Origin: Schmidtea polychroa
Taxonomy: Eukaryota
Assembly: GCA_044892525.1 (NCBI GenBank)
Contig: CM097885.1
Coordinates: forward strand, 31,994,001 to 32,058,000
Reading direction: 5' to 3'
Length of the DNA stretch: 64,000 bases
Each line of letters starts with the position of its first letter. Positions within the stretch are counted from its first letter, which is position 1. The position numbers were made by a program, and so were the translations under genes. The notes beneath the pieces were generated by a model that did no database searches, had not been told where the DNA came from, and saw only the letters and a list, made by a program, of their open reading frames with translations. This document shows, piece by piece, positions 48,060 through 61,036 of this stretch.

Positions 48060-48440
48060 GATTTTTCGGAGTTTTTATCGATATGGTCTCTGCATCCATA
48101 AAAGTAATAGATCAATCGACTTTACATTCTTGCTGGGGAAAGCTGTGGCCAGAAGTAGTTCCTGGAGGAACTGTTGTACTCCCAATAAAAGATGAATACC
48201 AAAGAATAATTGTCATTAGTGTGTTATTAGTGAAGAAGGATTTCATGATATGGATATTCAAGATATCGGAGAAATATTGGAAGATCGTACGTTTAACGAA
48301 GAAGAATTAGTCAAAATGTTGGATGAAGCAACCATAGTTAATGACTCAGAAAGAAGTTGCAGAGAAGTAGCTAAATGTTTCACATTAAAGTTTAAAGTTC
48401 AAGAAGGGATTACAGCAGAAAATTGGCTCCTTATACAAAA
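48060..48440 (+). pseudogene. pogo/Tigger-like transposase C-terminal remnant
   Basis: STLHSCWGKLWPEVV followed by a frameshifted EEGFHDMDIQDIGEILE..FNEEELV. Confidence 0.6.
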
Positions 48441-48544
48441 ATACGTAAAGATTTATATGCTAAAAGTAGATAATTGCTTATTTCAGATTTTTTACAGGTC
48501 AAATTCAAAAATACTCCAAAAAACTTTCGGATGAAGTATAGAAA

Positions 48545-49300
48545 TGATCCTATATATCAGTTGGTTTTCTATAAATCTCTGTCTCATAGTGTTTCTCTTT
48601 GCGTTGTATTAACAGATCCAAGAAAGCAAGTGATGAAATTTTCTCCGTTTCACATGTGAATACAATGTTTTTATGTAGACTATTCATATAATGCAAAAAC
48701 GGATCAGCATGCCTCTGATTTTCATCCACATACCGTTTATAAACAGTGGGTTTCATACATTGGAAAGATACAATTTTCTTTTCTAAGCTTGCTAAAAATA
48801 TATTGAAGCCATCATTGGTGCTAAAGGAGAACCTACAGCAACTCCATCTATTTGTTGATATCATTCATTAGTGAAAAGAAAATTGATTTTTGAAGTAGCA
48901 AATACAAGAAGTACACGAAATGCACTTCCATCTTAAATATAATGTTCAGAAATGTTTTCATTCCATAACAAGCAACATAATTCAATTGTTTCAACCAATG
49001 GTACATTAGTAAGCAAACTAAAAACATCAAACAAAACCATAATTTCATCCACATTTTGTCTATCATATTGTGCAATGCAGAAGACAAATTCAAAACTATC
49101 TTTACACTCAAATTCTGATTGTATTAATGGTTTCAAAAATCCATCCAAAAATTTGGCTATTTTATATTGGGCAGTGCCATTCGTGGATAATACAGGTCTC
49201 ATAGGCACGCCATCTTTATGGATTTTTGGAAGCCCATACATTTTTGCTGGTTGTGAATCCATTGGGCGAATAGATTTAAACAACTCTTCATCAATTTGCT
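48545..49300 (-). pseudogene. Penelope-like reverse transcriptase fragment
   Basis: PAKMYGLPKIHKDGVPMRPVLS, LFDVFSLLTNVP, YKRYVDE, FTCETE..SLAFLDL, YRKPT; frameshifted. Confidence 0.9.
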
Positions 49301-49562
49301 TATTTTTTTATTGTACCAATATAAAGATAAATAAATAATATGACATTCACCTCAACCATACCGATACATTTTTTACCGGATACTCGATTGGGCTCTAAAG
49401 CTTTCATACACGACTAACATTTAATAATAGCATAACGCAGCTAATAATAATACACATCACAAGTTATATATCATAAACCAATCACTACAGACAGGCGCGT
49501 ACGCAGGATGAATCCATTGGGGGGGTTTTATATATATTATTTTTATATATATAGAGGGGGGG

Positions 49563-49595
<33 letters not shown>

Positions 49596-49599
<4 letters not shown>

Positions 49600-50997
49600 C
49601 GCCGAGAGGACTTTTGAGGCCCGGGGATATACTTCTTGTGGGGGCCCCTGCCAAGAGCGTGAAAAAAGAATTTTCCCCTCGGACTTTGGGCTATTTATAA
49701 ATGAAGCGGGAAACCGAAAAATGTCCTAATTGCTATTGGAACAATGTATTCATCAAAAATTCTCTTACGAAAATGAAAACGTATACAACTCAAATTACAA
49801 AAAAAGTACAAAAAACAAATTATTTTTTAGAATGTTGCTTTCCGAACCTTGCGCCTAGCAAACAAAATAATTACGTCTTGAAAATCAATTTTCTTAGCCA
49901 TTTCAGATTCAATCGACAACATTCCTAAATCATTCAATCGGTGTTGTGACATTGTGGATCTCAAAACATCTTTTATCCTTTTTAAAACACTAAAGGATCG
50001 TTCTGCTTCAGCAACGGTTACAGGGATCGTATAAAATAATCTTATTGCTATTATTATGTTGGGAAACAATACATCCAGTTTCATTTTTTTAATGATGTTT
50101 AGTAACTCAATGGGCGAGAGAGATTTGTTTTGTATATTGGCATCATAAATTGATTTTAAATGGAGTATTTCTTCACCAAGATTATGGTCAATATTATTTT
50201 CATATACCTTTTGTAATTTTTCGGACTTCTTTTGTATTTCTTCATCATTAAGGTTATGAAATAACCATAATACATTAAATAACGAATCAATTTCTTTAGC
50301 CGCATTAAATCTTCTTGCAATATTTCCAATAATACAATCTAAGAAAACATTGAAAACATTTGTTCTGAATTCGTCACTTGGTGTCATTTCTAATTCATCC
50401 ACGTCGCGAATATCGGAGTCGATGGCGGTCTCCCATTGACTGCTAATTACTAATAATCGAAAATTAGACTTCAGCACTCCAGCACCGGTAAAGAAATGCT
50501 TTGTAGCCCAACGCTTAGGTTAATTTCTTATTCAGTTTCGGCTTAGTTCACAAACACGATTACTTTATCCGCTTCTTCCTGGAGATTTTCACATTGATCA
50601 AACAACTACACTTACTACACTATTAATGTTTGTAATTTTTCTTTTAGTTAAATAATAATAGAGTTTGTAAATAATGAAACAGGCTCAAAATGTCAAAAAC
50701 TAGTGATAGCAAGCACTTGACTCTTGACAAACAAAATATTGCCACATGTGCTTACCATTACTGCAAGATGCGTTTGTGCCGTGTAGACTTTTTCGCAACG
50801 GGGTTTCCGAAAGCAATCTTGGCAACGGACACTCTCCAGACGTACCCCACACACACGCACTACAAAAGGAGGAACATAGTTCCTACAAATTGAAATCATG
50901 ATTCTTTCATAAAAAAAATCAAGTCATTTAAATCATGATAGATTTTTTCTCCGGGGCCCCGGGTATTTTCCCCATCAAACCCCCCCTCTTGTCGGGC

Positions 50998-51000
<3 letters not shown>
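49596..51000 (-). mobile_element. Deleted ZMYM1-type hAT element within (TA)n; C-terminal dimerisation ORF 49827-50477
   Basis: LFPNIIIAIRLFYTIPVTVAEAERSFSVLKRIKDVLRSTMSQHRLNDLGMLSIE. GC-rich, imperfectly inverted ends abut TA runs on both sides. Confidence 0.85.
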
Positions 51001-51071
<71 letters not shown>

Positions 51072-51649
51072 GCATTCGGAATATTTCTTAAATTGTTTTA
51101 AGTTTATAAATTTATTAATTATAGTTTTTTATATTGTTGTTGGAATCATGGGGGGGGGGGGGAAACCCAGATATCACTCACTAAACTAATTAAAAATATA
51201 AGTTTATTTTAGTTTTTTAAAAATTGAAAAACTTGGTGTAATCGGAAATTTTATATCTTGTGCAATTGATGAATGCAATTGATTATAAACATTAATCAAA
51301 AAGTATTTTAACAAAAAGTAATTTTGTTTAAATAAGGAAAAGTTGTGGTAAAATAGATTTTTGAATCTCTGGATTTATCTTATAAATGTCAAACTATAAA
51401 TAAAGTTTCAATATTGTTGGATATTGGTGATTGAAAACACATACTTATAGCCATCTTTAAATTTTGTTCCTATCGACTAAAATGATTAATATCGTCAAAA
51501 TATTTTTGAAAATAAACAAAATTAGAAACATCTAATTCATTCATATACAAAACTCGTAATTTACATTAAATGTTAAAATACAAATTTTAGGTTAATTTCT
51601 GCGCTATAAATGCAACCCATGAAAGTTTCAAATTTTTACCTCGAACGAT

Positions 51650-52410
51650 AAACACTGAGTACCATACAATCCTTTGGTTTCTGCGCAAGATATATTGCAC
51701 AAAAGAGTTAAAGAATATTTAGACCCTGTTGGAAAATCCTCGGTATACAGACTTCTCAAACAATGTCAACCAAGGAAGGAAAAAAAAATATTTCAATCTA
51801 AATCATAGCCAATGGAAACATCTAAAAAAATGTCAGATTTTAGGAAACAATTCTCATCATAAGCAGACGGCCAACAATCAACACTAAAGAAGAGATCAAT
51901 GAAATCATCAGTTTGATTTGTTGTTATTGACCTTGAGAATAGCTTTTAAAAAAAATTAATTAAAAATCAAAATAGAAACATTTTTTAAAATATTGCGTGT
52001 ATAAATAGTTATTGGAAACTATATTTTATAAATATTTTAAGATATTATTTATTAAAATAGGTTTCCATCAGTTAATTATAGAAGCTTTAAAAATTAAAAA
52101 AATTTTCTTTTAGTGTTTCGTTTAGAATTTTAGAGAATATTTAATAAAAAAAATTTTAATTTATAAATTCTTTAAAAAAATGTTTATCATTATTTTTAAC
52201 GAATGAGAAGTAAGAAAAAGGAAATAAAACAGAAGATCAAAAAGTATTTTGAAAATAAAAAAAACAAAATTCCAGGAAATTGACAAGGACTATCTTATAG
52301 TCGAATATTCTTTCATTTGTATTAAATTTATTATTCGCAGCGAAAGGTTTAAATTATTATATAATTGTTTAAAATTTAATTAATGCTGCTACCAAGAAAT
52401 CATCATTTAA
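51650..52410 (+). mobile_element. Penelope-like element 3' fragment (same family as 14131 and 42332 copies)
   Basis: Degenerate GIY-YIG tail (CAAAAGAGTTAAAGAATATTTAGACCCTG ... CAACACTAAAGAAG), AT-rich UTR, hammerhead-like motif 52276-52314, then (ATT)n at 52414-52601. Confidence 0.82.
52276..52314 (+). ncRNA. Minimal hammerhead-like motif, repeat family A (U3:A8 core; this copy has GAAT for GAAA)
   Basis: GAAA-TTGACAA-G-GACTAT/CTT/ATAGTC-GAA(A)-AT-TC-TTTC; family consensus built from the 904, 14669, 15748, 42332(-) and 52276 copies. Confidence 0.6.
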
Positions 52411-52412
52411 TA

Positions 52413-53078
<666 letters not shown>

Positions 53079-53566
53079 ATACCTATTTTAATTTTACAGC
53101 CCTTATTGTGCTCACCAATATGGGTCAAAGACTTCTGTCTACAATGTTAAAATAGGTATGTCTGATTTTAAAATTTTATTAAAAAACTTCGATAATTATT
53201 GGGAACGTGTGATTTGTGAGGCGTTGTTGATAAAATCATTGAATCCGAAAATTAATGTGCAGAATGCTGTAAATACTTGTGTGTTGAGTGTTTTTAAATA
53301 AGCTTTTGTGTATTGTATGTATTGATTGTTGTGTTAAATTAAATAATTAATAAAATTTTTTTTAAATTTTTAAATTTGTAAATTATTAAATTAAATTTTA
53401 AATGTTAAAGTTTTAAAAAAATAATATTTTTTATAAAATAAAAAATTTTTTTATATATAATTAAATTTGTTTAAAATCCTTTATTTAATGAGTATTATAT
53501 CCCACCTGATGATGACAGGAAAACTGTCGAAATTAATCGTGAAAAAAATGTTTGATTGGCGTTATC

Positions 53567-53567
<1 letters not shown>
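53079..53567 (+). mobile_element. Second Penelope-like family 3' fragment
   Basis: NYWERVICEALLIKSLNPKINVQN GIY-YIG tail (~53194-53300); short inverted repeat CATACCTATTTTAA/TTAAAATAGGTATG at its 5' junction; canonical hammerhead, then (ATT)n. Confidence 0.78.
53503..53541 (+). ncRNA. Minimal type I hammerhead ribozyme (canonical core)
   Basis: CAC-CTGATGA-T-GACAG/GAAAA/CTGTC-GAAA-TTAA-TC-GTG: intact CUGAUGA and GAAA, 5-bp stem II, palindromic stem III, AUC cleavage triplet. Confidence 0.82.
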
Positions 53568-53631
<64 letters not shown>

Positions 53632-53835
53632 TCAAAACTAGGATACATAGCATTCATACAAAAATCGATTTTAAAATATTATATTTCTAGATGGTATTAA
53701 GGAGTTTCAAGGGATATTAATATTTAATGAAATATGATTGGCTATATATTATGTAAATAAACATTTTAGCTGCTTTATATAACTGACTAGTTTATATGTT
53801 AATTTTGTAAGAAAAAATATTAAATAAAATTATCT

Positions 53836-54173
53836 ATGGAGATTTTGATAGAGTCAATTTACAATAGTGGCCAATTGACTGTAGAATTAGTAAGAGGTAT
53901 TGGATTTCCCAATAATATAAGTATGGATTATTATATGTATTTTTCATTAATTTAATTTGATTTATTAATTAGGATATCGTGTCGAACTGTCACTAACTTA
54001 TAATTCTCTACTTCGGTCCAAAGCCAAGCGATCACTGGGCACATTTCATGGAGAAACCCCATATTTTCGGAAATCTGTCACTTTTAATATGGCAAATTAT
54101 GCGCAGGGTAATGCGGTTTTATCAGTAACTGTACATGGAGAAGGATTTTATAAAGTCTTATCCTTAGATATTG
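53836..54173 (+). CDS. Diverged single-C2-domain gene related to SYT14 C2B (exons 53836-53920, 53973-54173; 3' exon not identified)
   Basis: MEILIESIYNSGQLTVELVRGIGFPNNI / RYRVELSL...PYFRKSVTF...AVLSVTV aligns by eye with PELMIGLSHNSNTGRLTVEIIRGS / FYVKLSL...PVFKESFMF...TLMISV. Same phase-1 introns; open frame. Confidence 0.6.
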
Positions 54174-55539
54174 GTAAATAGTTTTATATTATTCATTTGC
54201 ATCGTGGATCCTTAATAATGAATATAACTGTTCTCGTAATTAAACCTAAGACTTTACAAATTTATGTATCGCAGCAATTGAAAGTAAGGTCTCAATAATT
54301 AAAACGAGAAAGTTATTCGGTGGGACACAGACAGGTAAAACCTTTTCATGTAGAAATATTTGCATGAAAAATCAAATGCAAATGTATATTATTAATGTTT
54401 TTCAAATAACAAATATTTGGATATAATCTCCAACGAGTTCAAATATCGACTTTTAGTGCTGTTATTGGTTTAAAGGTGCAACCATAACATATATCATGCA
54501 AGCACCCCAAATATCACACAAAATGTATCATAACAAAAAAGTACCTTCGAATGTCAAAAGTGGGTTTCATGGTCTCTCAAGCCATTGACAGTTATTTGCG
54601 CACTTAGAATTGGTTTTCAACAAGGATGTTCTCTATCGAATGCTTATTTTTTTTAATAACGGCTTCTCATAAAACATATAGAACCTGCAGCGACGAGATA
54701 TTGTTTTAATTTGCTGATACCATGTAGGACCACATTTTCAACATAATTATAAAAAATGACTAAGCAAGCCGTAAGCAGCCGTATTTGGGTTAGGGCTGCT
54801 CTAAATCTGTATGATCAATTAGTTCTTCTGAGTCCCGCTTAAACAGATCCAAATTATCACTAATGATTCCGTCGTACTGATGTTGATTCGGATTTAATTT
54901 TTCAAAATCTTATCTGGCCGTGATATATAAAGGATCCTTAAAATAAGAGAGCACAACATTTGTTTCCCCGATTTTCGTGGCTCTGATAAACACGACAGTC
55001 TGATCAATTGGAACAATAAAGAATTGTAGGTAAGCCAATTTTTCCTATTAAGGTTTATTAGCACAATACAATTGAAAATTCATGACTAAATCCTTCAAAA
55101 AGTTGATTCTGTATATAATAAAAATAATAATAAAAATTATTATTAAATTTTTTAATAATAATAATTTAATAATAAATGTTTTGTGGAATTTGAAGGAAAC
55201 ATTGATTATCTTTTTAATAGAAAATAATGAAAATAGGGTTATCAGATGTTAAAAGGGATTTAATAAGAAAAGATTAAGAATATTATGATTTATTTCGGAA
55301 AATAATTTAGTATAACGGTTTATAATTTAGGAGATTTTATACACAATTATATATTGTTCATTCATATATTTCCTAATTTTATATTACAATAGATTCACTT
55401 GATTAATTAAAAATTATGTTATCTGAAACCCAAAACTGCAAACTATCTTGATCTTTAAAACAAATATATATATATATATATATTATAAGAACTTTTTATC
55501 CAATTTTACCACTGATCATTTTATCCATTGAATTTATTA

Positions 55540-55700
55540 AACAGAGCTTGAAGATGTAAAGCAGTAATATATCGATGCTTTTATTGACACTCACGAATTT
55601 TCGGCACCGCCTATTCACTTGAAAAAGACAGTGCCGAAAATTCGTGAGTATCAAAAAACATCGATATATAATACTGATTTATATCTTCAAGCTCTCTTTT
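55540..55700. repeat. Head-to-head inverted pair of hammerhead-bearing family-B repeat
   Basis: 55540-55612 is an imperfect reverse complement of 55626-55700; complete motif TCAC-TTGAAAA-A-GAC/AGT/GCC-GAAA-ATTC-GTGA at 55615-55647. Confidence 0.8.
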
Positions 55701-57299
55701 TAATATATTTATATATCAATTACAAATGCAGAAATTTGCCACTGAAAAGCAGGAAAATAATTTTTTGAAATAAAAGAAACCAAAAAAGTTTTTTTTTAGC
55801 TAATTATTATAAAAACCTTTATATTTATGTTTAAAAGCTTTAAATGTACACTTTGTCTTTAAAAAATTAAACCAATTATTGTAAAGTTTTTGTAAATTTA
55901 TAAAAAACAAAAATATTTACAGTCCTACTAGACCTTTTCCATAAAAAATAATCTTGTGGCCAACATATATTGTCAATATATATTGTTAAACAATTGCTCG
56001 AGTAAATATTTACTGAAGAGCAATCTAGCATCAACTGGAACATTTGAACATCAGAAGGATGTATAGTAAATTAGTTTCACGTTTTTCAATGATTGAGAGG
56101 GTGGAGAGAGAAATCATCTCCATCTGTTTGATAAAAATTTCTCTAATTTTATCTAAATAAAAATGCTTATTTATTCGAAAACAAAACCACAATTTAATTT
56201 TTGAGAGTAAATTAAAATTGATTAAATATAAATTAATTTATGTATTCAATAAAACAAATTATTCATTTTATTAGAATCAATAAAATTACTGAAATTTTGA
56301 ATTTTGTTTCATTCCTTGCATGATTTGTTTATGTAAGATGAGTGGCAGATTTGTTTATCTAAATAGCTTGAATCATTTCATAATATTTACTGCATAAAAA
56401 TTGCAGAATTATTAGAATTTATTTATTATTATAATTAGGTTCAATGATTTTGTCATCAAATGGTTATTTTTCGAAAACAGTCACTTACACTTTTTCATAA
56501 GACAAGCTTTGGTACAGCTTTGAAGTTATATCAACTGTATGTTTATTTTATGTTTATTCTCGATCCTAAATGTCACTTATATTTATATTTCTAATCATTG
56601 CTATTTGCTCAGTAATTTCCAAGAATGTGATTTTTATATGCGACTTTATTTTTTACTTGAAATATATTTTTTCTAATTCAGAATTTATTTCATTGAATAT
56701 TTTATTCGTTATATTGATGGGTTTCAGATCATCTCCGTAGAATAATTGCCAATTTTGATTCGGTTATAAGACCCGATAAATCTATAGATTTATTTCCATC
56801 AAATACTCACACAATATGGTATACATTTATATCCACGCGCCCACAACCGCGTTGTTAAAAAACGCACGCAAACAATACCGCGACCTTGAAAATCGCGACT
56901 TGTGAGCAGAAAGATAACATAACAACAAAATACATACAACTAAAATACTTTCAATCGCAATCATAGTGATTTAACTATTTTAATATATTATTATTAATAG
57001 TTTTGCTTAAATAATGGTAGGTTTTATTTTGTTTCATTTAATAGTAATTCTTTTTGATGATGTTTTTATAGAGTTTGGGGAGAGATATAATTAGTATATC
57101 GGAAAGGTTAAGAAAGACAAGTTAAAACTAAAAACTTAAAAATTAAAAAGGTAAAAAAATAGAAAAAATGAAAATGAAAGTATAAAAATAATTCATTTAA
57201 TACATTACTATGACGCGCGGTTATTAAGGTAAACCACACAATATATTCTAAATTTCAATTAATTACAAAAAATATTTTTGATTCAATTTAACTGTATTC

Positions 57300-59257
57300 T
57301 CACAAAATTTCTTTCAAATCAATAACGATTTTAAAAATTTTGTTCTCATCAATCAACGTCGGATATATTCTTTTTTCTCCAGTTTACTGATGAAAATCGT
57401 TTAAGTTTCCAACTTGATCTCTTTTAATCTTAGAAGTTTCAAATTCAACATTTTCATCTTTTCAACATTTCTTTGAACTATTTTCCCACTTTGGTCTTGT
57501 AGCAGATATCAGCGATCATGGATCTTCTGCATTATTCTGTATGGCTCTTCGTATCTTTCCTTGTCTTTTGTTCTTGATTCGACTTTTACTAGAACCTCAT
57601 CTCCAATATTGAATGATCATTTTGTCTGCGTTGTTTCTCGTGTATCTTCTTTTTGTGAAATCGGTGCTTCACTATGAAATTGTTCTTGAGCTATTTTTCT
57701 TCCAAATATTACTTCTGCGGGACTTCGCCGAATTCATGGTAAATTCAATTTCTGGTATGATCTCTGCCCAATCTGTTCTACTTTTTTCTTTTAATGATGT
57801 ATTTATATAGTCTCTTATTGTCCTGAATTGACGTTCTATCACACCATTTGTATTATGGTGGTATGGACTGGAAAACCATAGTGTAATTCCCATTGATTTT
57901 GTAAATTATTTCATCGTCTTAGATTCAAATACTTTTCCACAATCTGTGTGAATTTCCTTTGGTGCTCCAAATCTAAGAATCCATTTTTGTAGTATTGTTT
58001 CCTTCGCCGTTTTCTCATCCTGTATAGCGACAGCAGTCAGAGAGATATATCTGCTAAATTGATCAATCTTTGAAGTAGCAAAGTAGCAAAAAGTAGTAAA
58101 GACTATATATCTTTTCTTTCTGAATGTTTCATGTAATGCGCAACATATATCAATGTACACTTTCTCCCACGGCTCCTCTGGTGTCAGTTTTATTGTCTCT
58201 TCCTTCATCTTTGTTGTCACAAATTTCGTTCTTTGACATGCCTCGCATTGTCCAATTGTTTCTTTTACTGATGTCTCCCATATCATAATTGTCCGCTACA
58301 TATTTTGTCACCTTTTCTGCTTCTGCTTGTGATAGCAAAATATGCATACTCTTTATCATTTCTTGTCTTTTGTCTCTAGGTATCCATATCTTACCCTCCA
58401 TAGTTTTCACCACGTTGTCTACCAGTATAAATTTCCAACTTTCTTTTTATATTTGTTCTATTTCTGTTTTATCTTTTTGCCACTTACAATCTTCAGCCTT
58501 TTCCATCGTGGTTATTCTTCGGGTTTTCATTCTTTCAACATTCCCGTCTTCGTGTACCAATAGACATTGTGTACATGTTCCACATGTACTTCTTGACAAT
58601 ATATCTGCATTTGTATGATCCGTACCTTTTCTATACTCTATTTTAATATCCAGACTACTAAGGTATTTAATGCATGTCTGAAATTGCGTTGTTATTGGTT
58701 TCTTTGTGGATAACATAAGCGTGATAGCTTTATGGTCCGTTCTCAAAATGAACTGTTTTCCATATAAATAATGATTGAAGTGTTGACAAAAATAATAGAT
58801 TGTCACCAACTCTTTCCTTGTTTTGCAATATCCCTTTTCATGATTGTTCATTGCATGAGAACCTTTTCGCACCCGTTGTCGTCTTTCTGCAATAATATTG
58901 CTCCAATCGTGTCAAAACTCGTATCAGTATACAAAATGAATTCTCTTTCGAAATCTGGGAAACCTAGAATAAGTGAGGACATTAAAGCATTTTTCATATT
59001 TTCGAATGCGATATTGCATACGTCAGTCCAAATTAATTTTTGTTATTTAACCCGTATACCACTTCTAAAACTCTTGCTTTTTTTGCGTATTCTTTTATAA
59101 ATCTTCTGTAGTAATTGCATATTCCTAGGAAGCTTCTCAGATTCTTAACACATTTTGGCTTTTCAAGTGATTTAATCGTGTCTAGCTTTGACGGGTCAGT
59201 CTGTATTCCATCTTTGTTGATTATGTGACCTAAAGATTTGACCTCCTCTTTAAGGAT
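57300..59257 (-). mobile_element. Ty3/Gypsy LTR retrotransposon pol (RT end, RNase H, integrase), frameshifted
   Basis: LGHIINKDGIQTDP, LRSFLGICNYYRRFI, YCKTRKEL, FILRTDHKA, HTNADILSR, CEACQ, FGAPKEIHTDCG, SPYHHNTNGVIER. Confidence 0.95.
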
Positions 59258-59367
59258 AGTAGATGGATTGGGCACCGCTGGCACAGGGCACCGCTAGCAC
59301 AGTACCCCCCCTCCCCCCCCGTCGGTAAGATTTTCAAAAATATTCTAAGTCTAAAAGTACATTTTTT

Positions 59368-59982
59368 TTCAAGGTCAAATTTAAACAAAGACATATGACT
59401 CATCAAGGTCATTGAAACAAAGAACATGAGTCATCCTATGACTCATAAAAATTTTCAAGGTCATTTAAACAAAGACCATGACTCATCCGATGACTCATCA
59501 AGGTCATTTTCAAGGGCATATGACTCATAATATGACTCATCAAGGTCAAAAAAATTTTCTCAAGGTCATTTAAACAAAGACCATGACTCATCAAGGTCAT
59601 TTCAAGGTCGTATGACTCATAGTATGACTCATTTGACCTTGAAAAATTTTTTTCAAGGTCATGTGACTCATCCTATGACTCATCAAGGTCATTTTCAAGG
59701 TCATATGCCTCATCCTATGACTCATCAAGGGCATTTTCAAGGGCATATGACTCATAGTATGACTCATTTGACCTTGAAAAAATTTTTTCAAGGTCATATG
59801 ACTCATCCAATGACTCATCAAGGTCATTCTCAAGGTCATATGACTCATCCGATGACTCATCAAAATTTTCAAGGTCACCTGAGTCATCCTATGACTCATC
59901 AAGGTCATTTTCAAGGTCACGTGACTCATCCAAGGTCATTCCCAAGGTCATATGAGTCATCGCGATGACTCATCAAGGTCAT
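59368..59982. promoter_or_regulatory. Subterminal array of AP-1 (TGA[C/G]TCA) and CAAGGTCA nuclear-receptor-type motifs
   Basis: Manual count about 24 TGASTCA and about 20 CAAGGTCA (either strand) in ~615 bp, plus repeated TAAACAAAG. Confidence 0.7.
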
Positions 59983-60137
59983 ATTATTATTTTTAAAAAA
60001 TATTATTATTTTTATTATTATTTTTAAAAATATTATTATTTTATTTTTAATTTTTTCAAAGTTCCCGCCAACGAAAATTAATAATCGATAGCTCATTTTA
60101 AAGCTCAATCCAAGACCTTTCGAATGAGCCATATATC

Positions 60138-60305
<168 letters not shown>

Positions 60306-60430
60306 GTATTAATCTATATACACCGAGTCTATATACTCTGAGTCTATTCGACAAAATATTTTGTCCCCCTATGGGTAATGCTCACAAGGGTACTGGTCAC
60401 GCTCAACAAATCAACAAAACATACATTTAT

Positions 60431-60931
60431 TTAAACAATAAAATAATGTAAAATTAACAAAGGTAAACTAAATATTGATGCACTTCTATTCGCAGCATTA
60501 TTGTTAGAAATTGGTAACGTTGAATTGATTTTCAGATATTCTATTGATCCTTTGATTGTTTGAATTTCTCTTAATAATAATTCAATCTTTTTTAACAAAT
60601 AATCATGCTTCTTATCAATAATCTTCATATTCTTTTTATTTTCAGTAATAGAGTTATTGAAAACCTCAATATGATCAATCAATTTAATTTTTATATTTTG
60701 TATATATTCAAATGTTAGTTCATAACTGTTTTCTAAATTCTCCAATCTTTGAGATATTCTTTTTCCTGGATGCTTTGACCATTTTGGTTTATCGAGAATA
60801 TATAAAATATCCATCAACTTGGCTGTATTCGGACAAACACATATTGATTTATTAAAAGACTCCACCGTTATTGTTGTATTGTGTGAGCACACACTCGTTA
60901 TAATAATTAGCAATATGAATAGAGTTTTCAT
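60431..60931 (-). CDS. Putative surface glycoprotein: signal peptide, coiled coil, GPI-like C-terminal signal (166 aa)
   Basis: MKTLFILLIIITSVCS leader; N-X-S/T sequons NTT, NKS, NNS, NST, NRS; heptad-rich middle; small-residue stretch then hydrophobic tail IFSLPLLILHYFIV. Confidence 0.7.
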   Translation of the reverse strand: MKTLFILLIIITSVCSHNTTITVESFNKSICVCPNTAKLMDILYILDKPKWSKHPGKRISQRLENLENSYELTFEYIQNIKIKLIDHIEVFNNSITENKKNMKIIDKKHDYLLKKIELLLREIQTIKGSIEYLKINSTLPISNNNAANRSASIFSLPLLILHYFIV

Positions 60932-61036
60932 GGTGTATCAAATCAAAACCTTTCTTTTACATTTATAGTCTATCAACCAATCAAAATCATCCGGTATTAG
61001 TATAAATAAAACATCATATTTTAAATTATTGTAAAA

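Noticed and set aside
54930..55029. Candidate third exon for the diverged C2 gene (…DSLINWNNKEL*)
   Set aside because: No acceptor in a compatible phase could be established by eye.
59597..59968. His/Met-rich repetitive ORFs on both strands (MTHQGHFQGH...)
   Set aside because: By-products of the TGACTCA/CAAGGTCA DNA array; both strands are open and there is no sign of codon-level constraint.
59368..59982. Possible CRISPR-like array
   Set aside because: No constant repeat with unique spacers and no cas genes; eukaryotic context.
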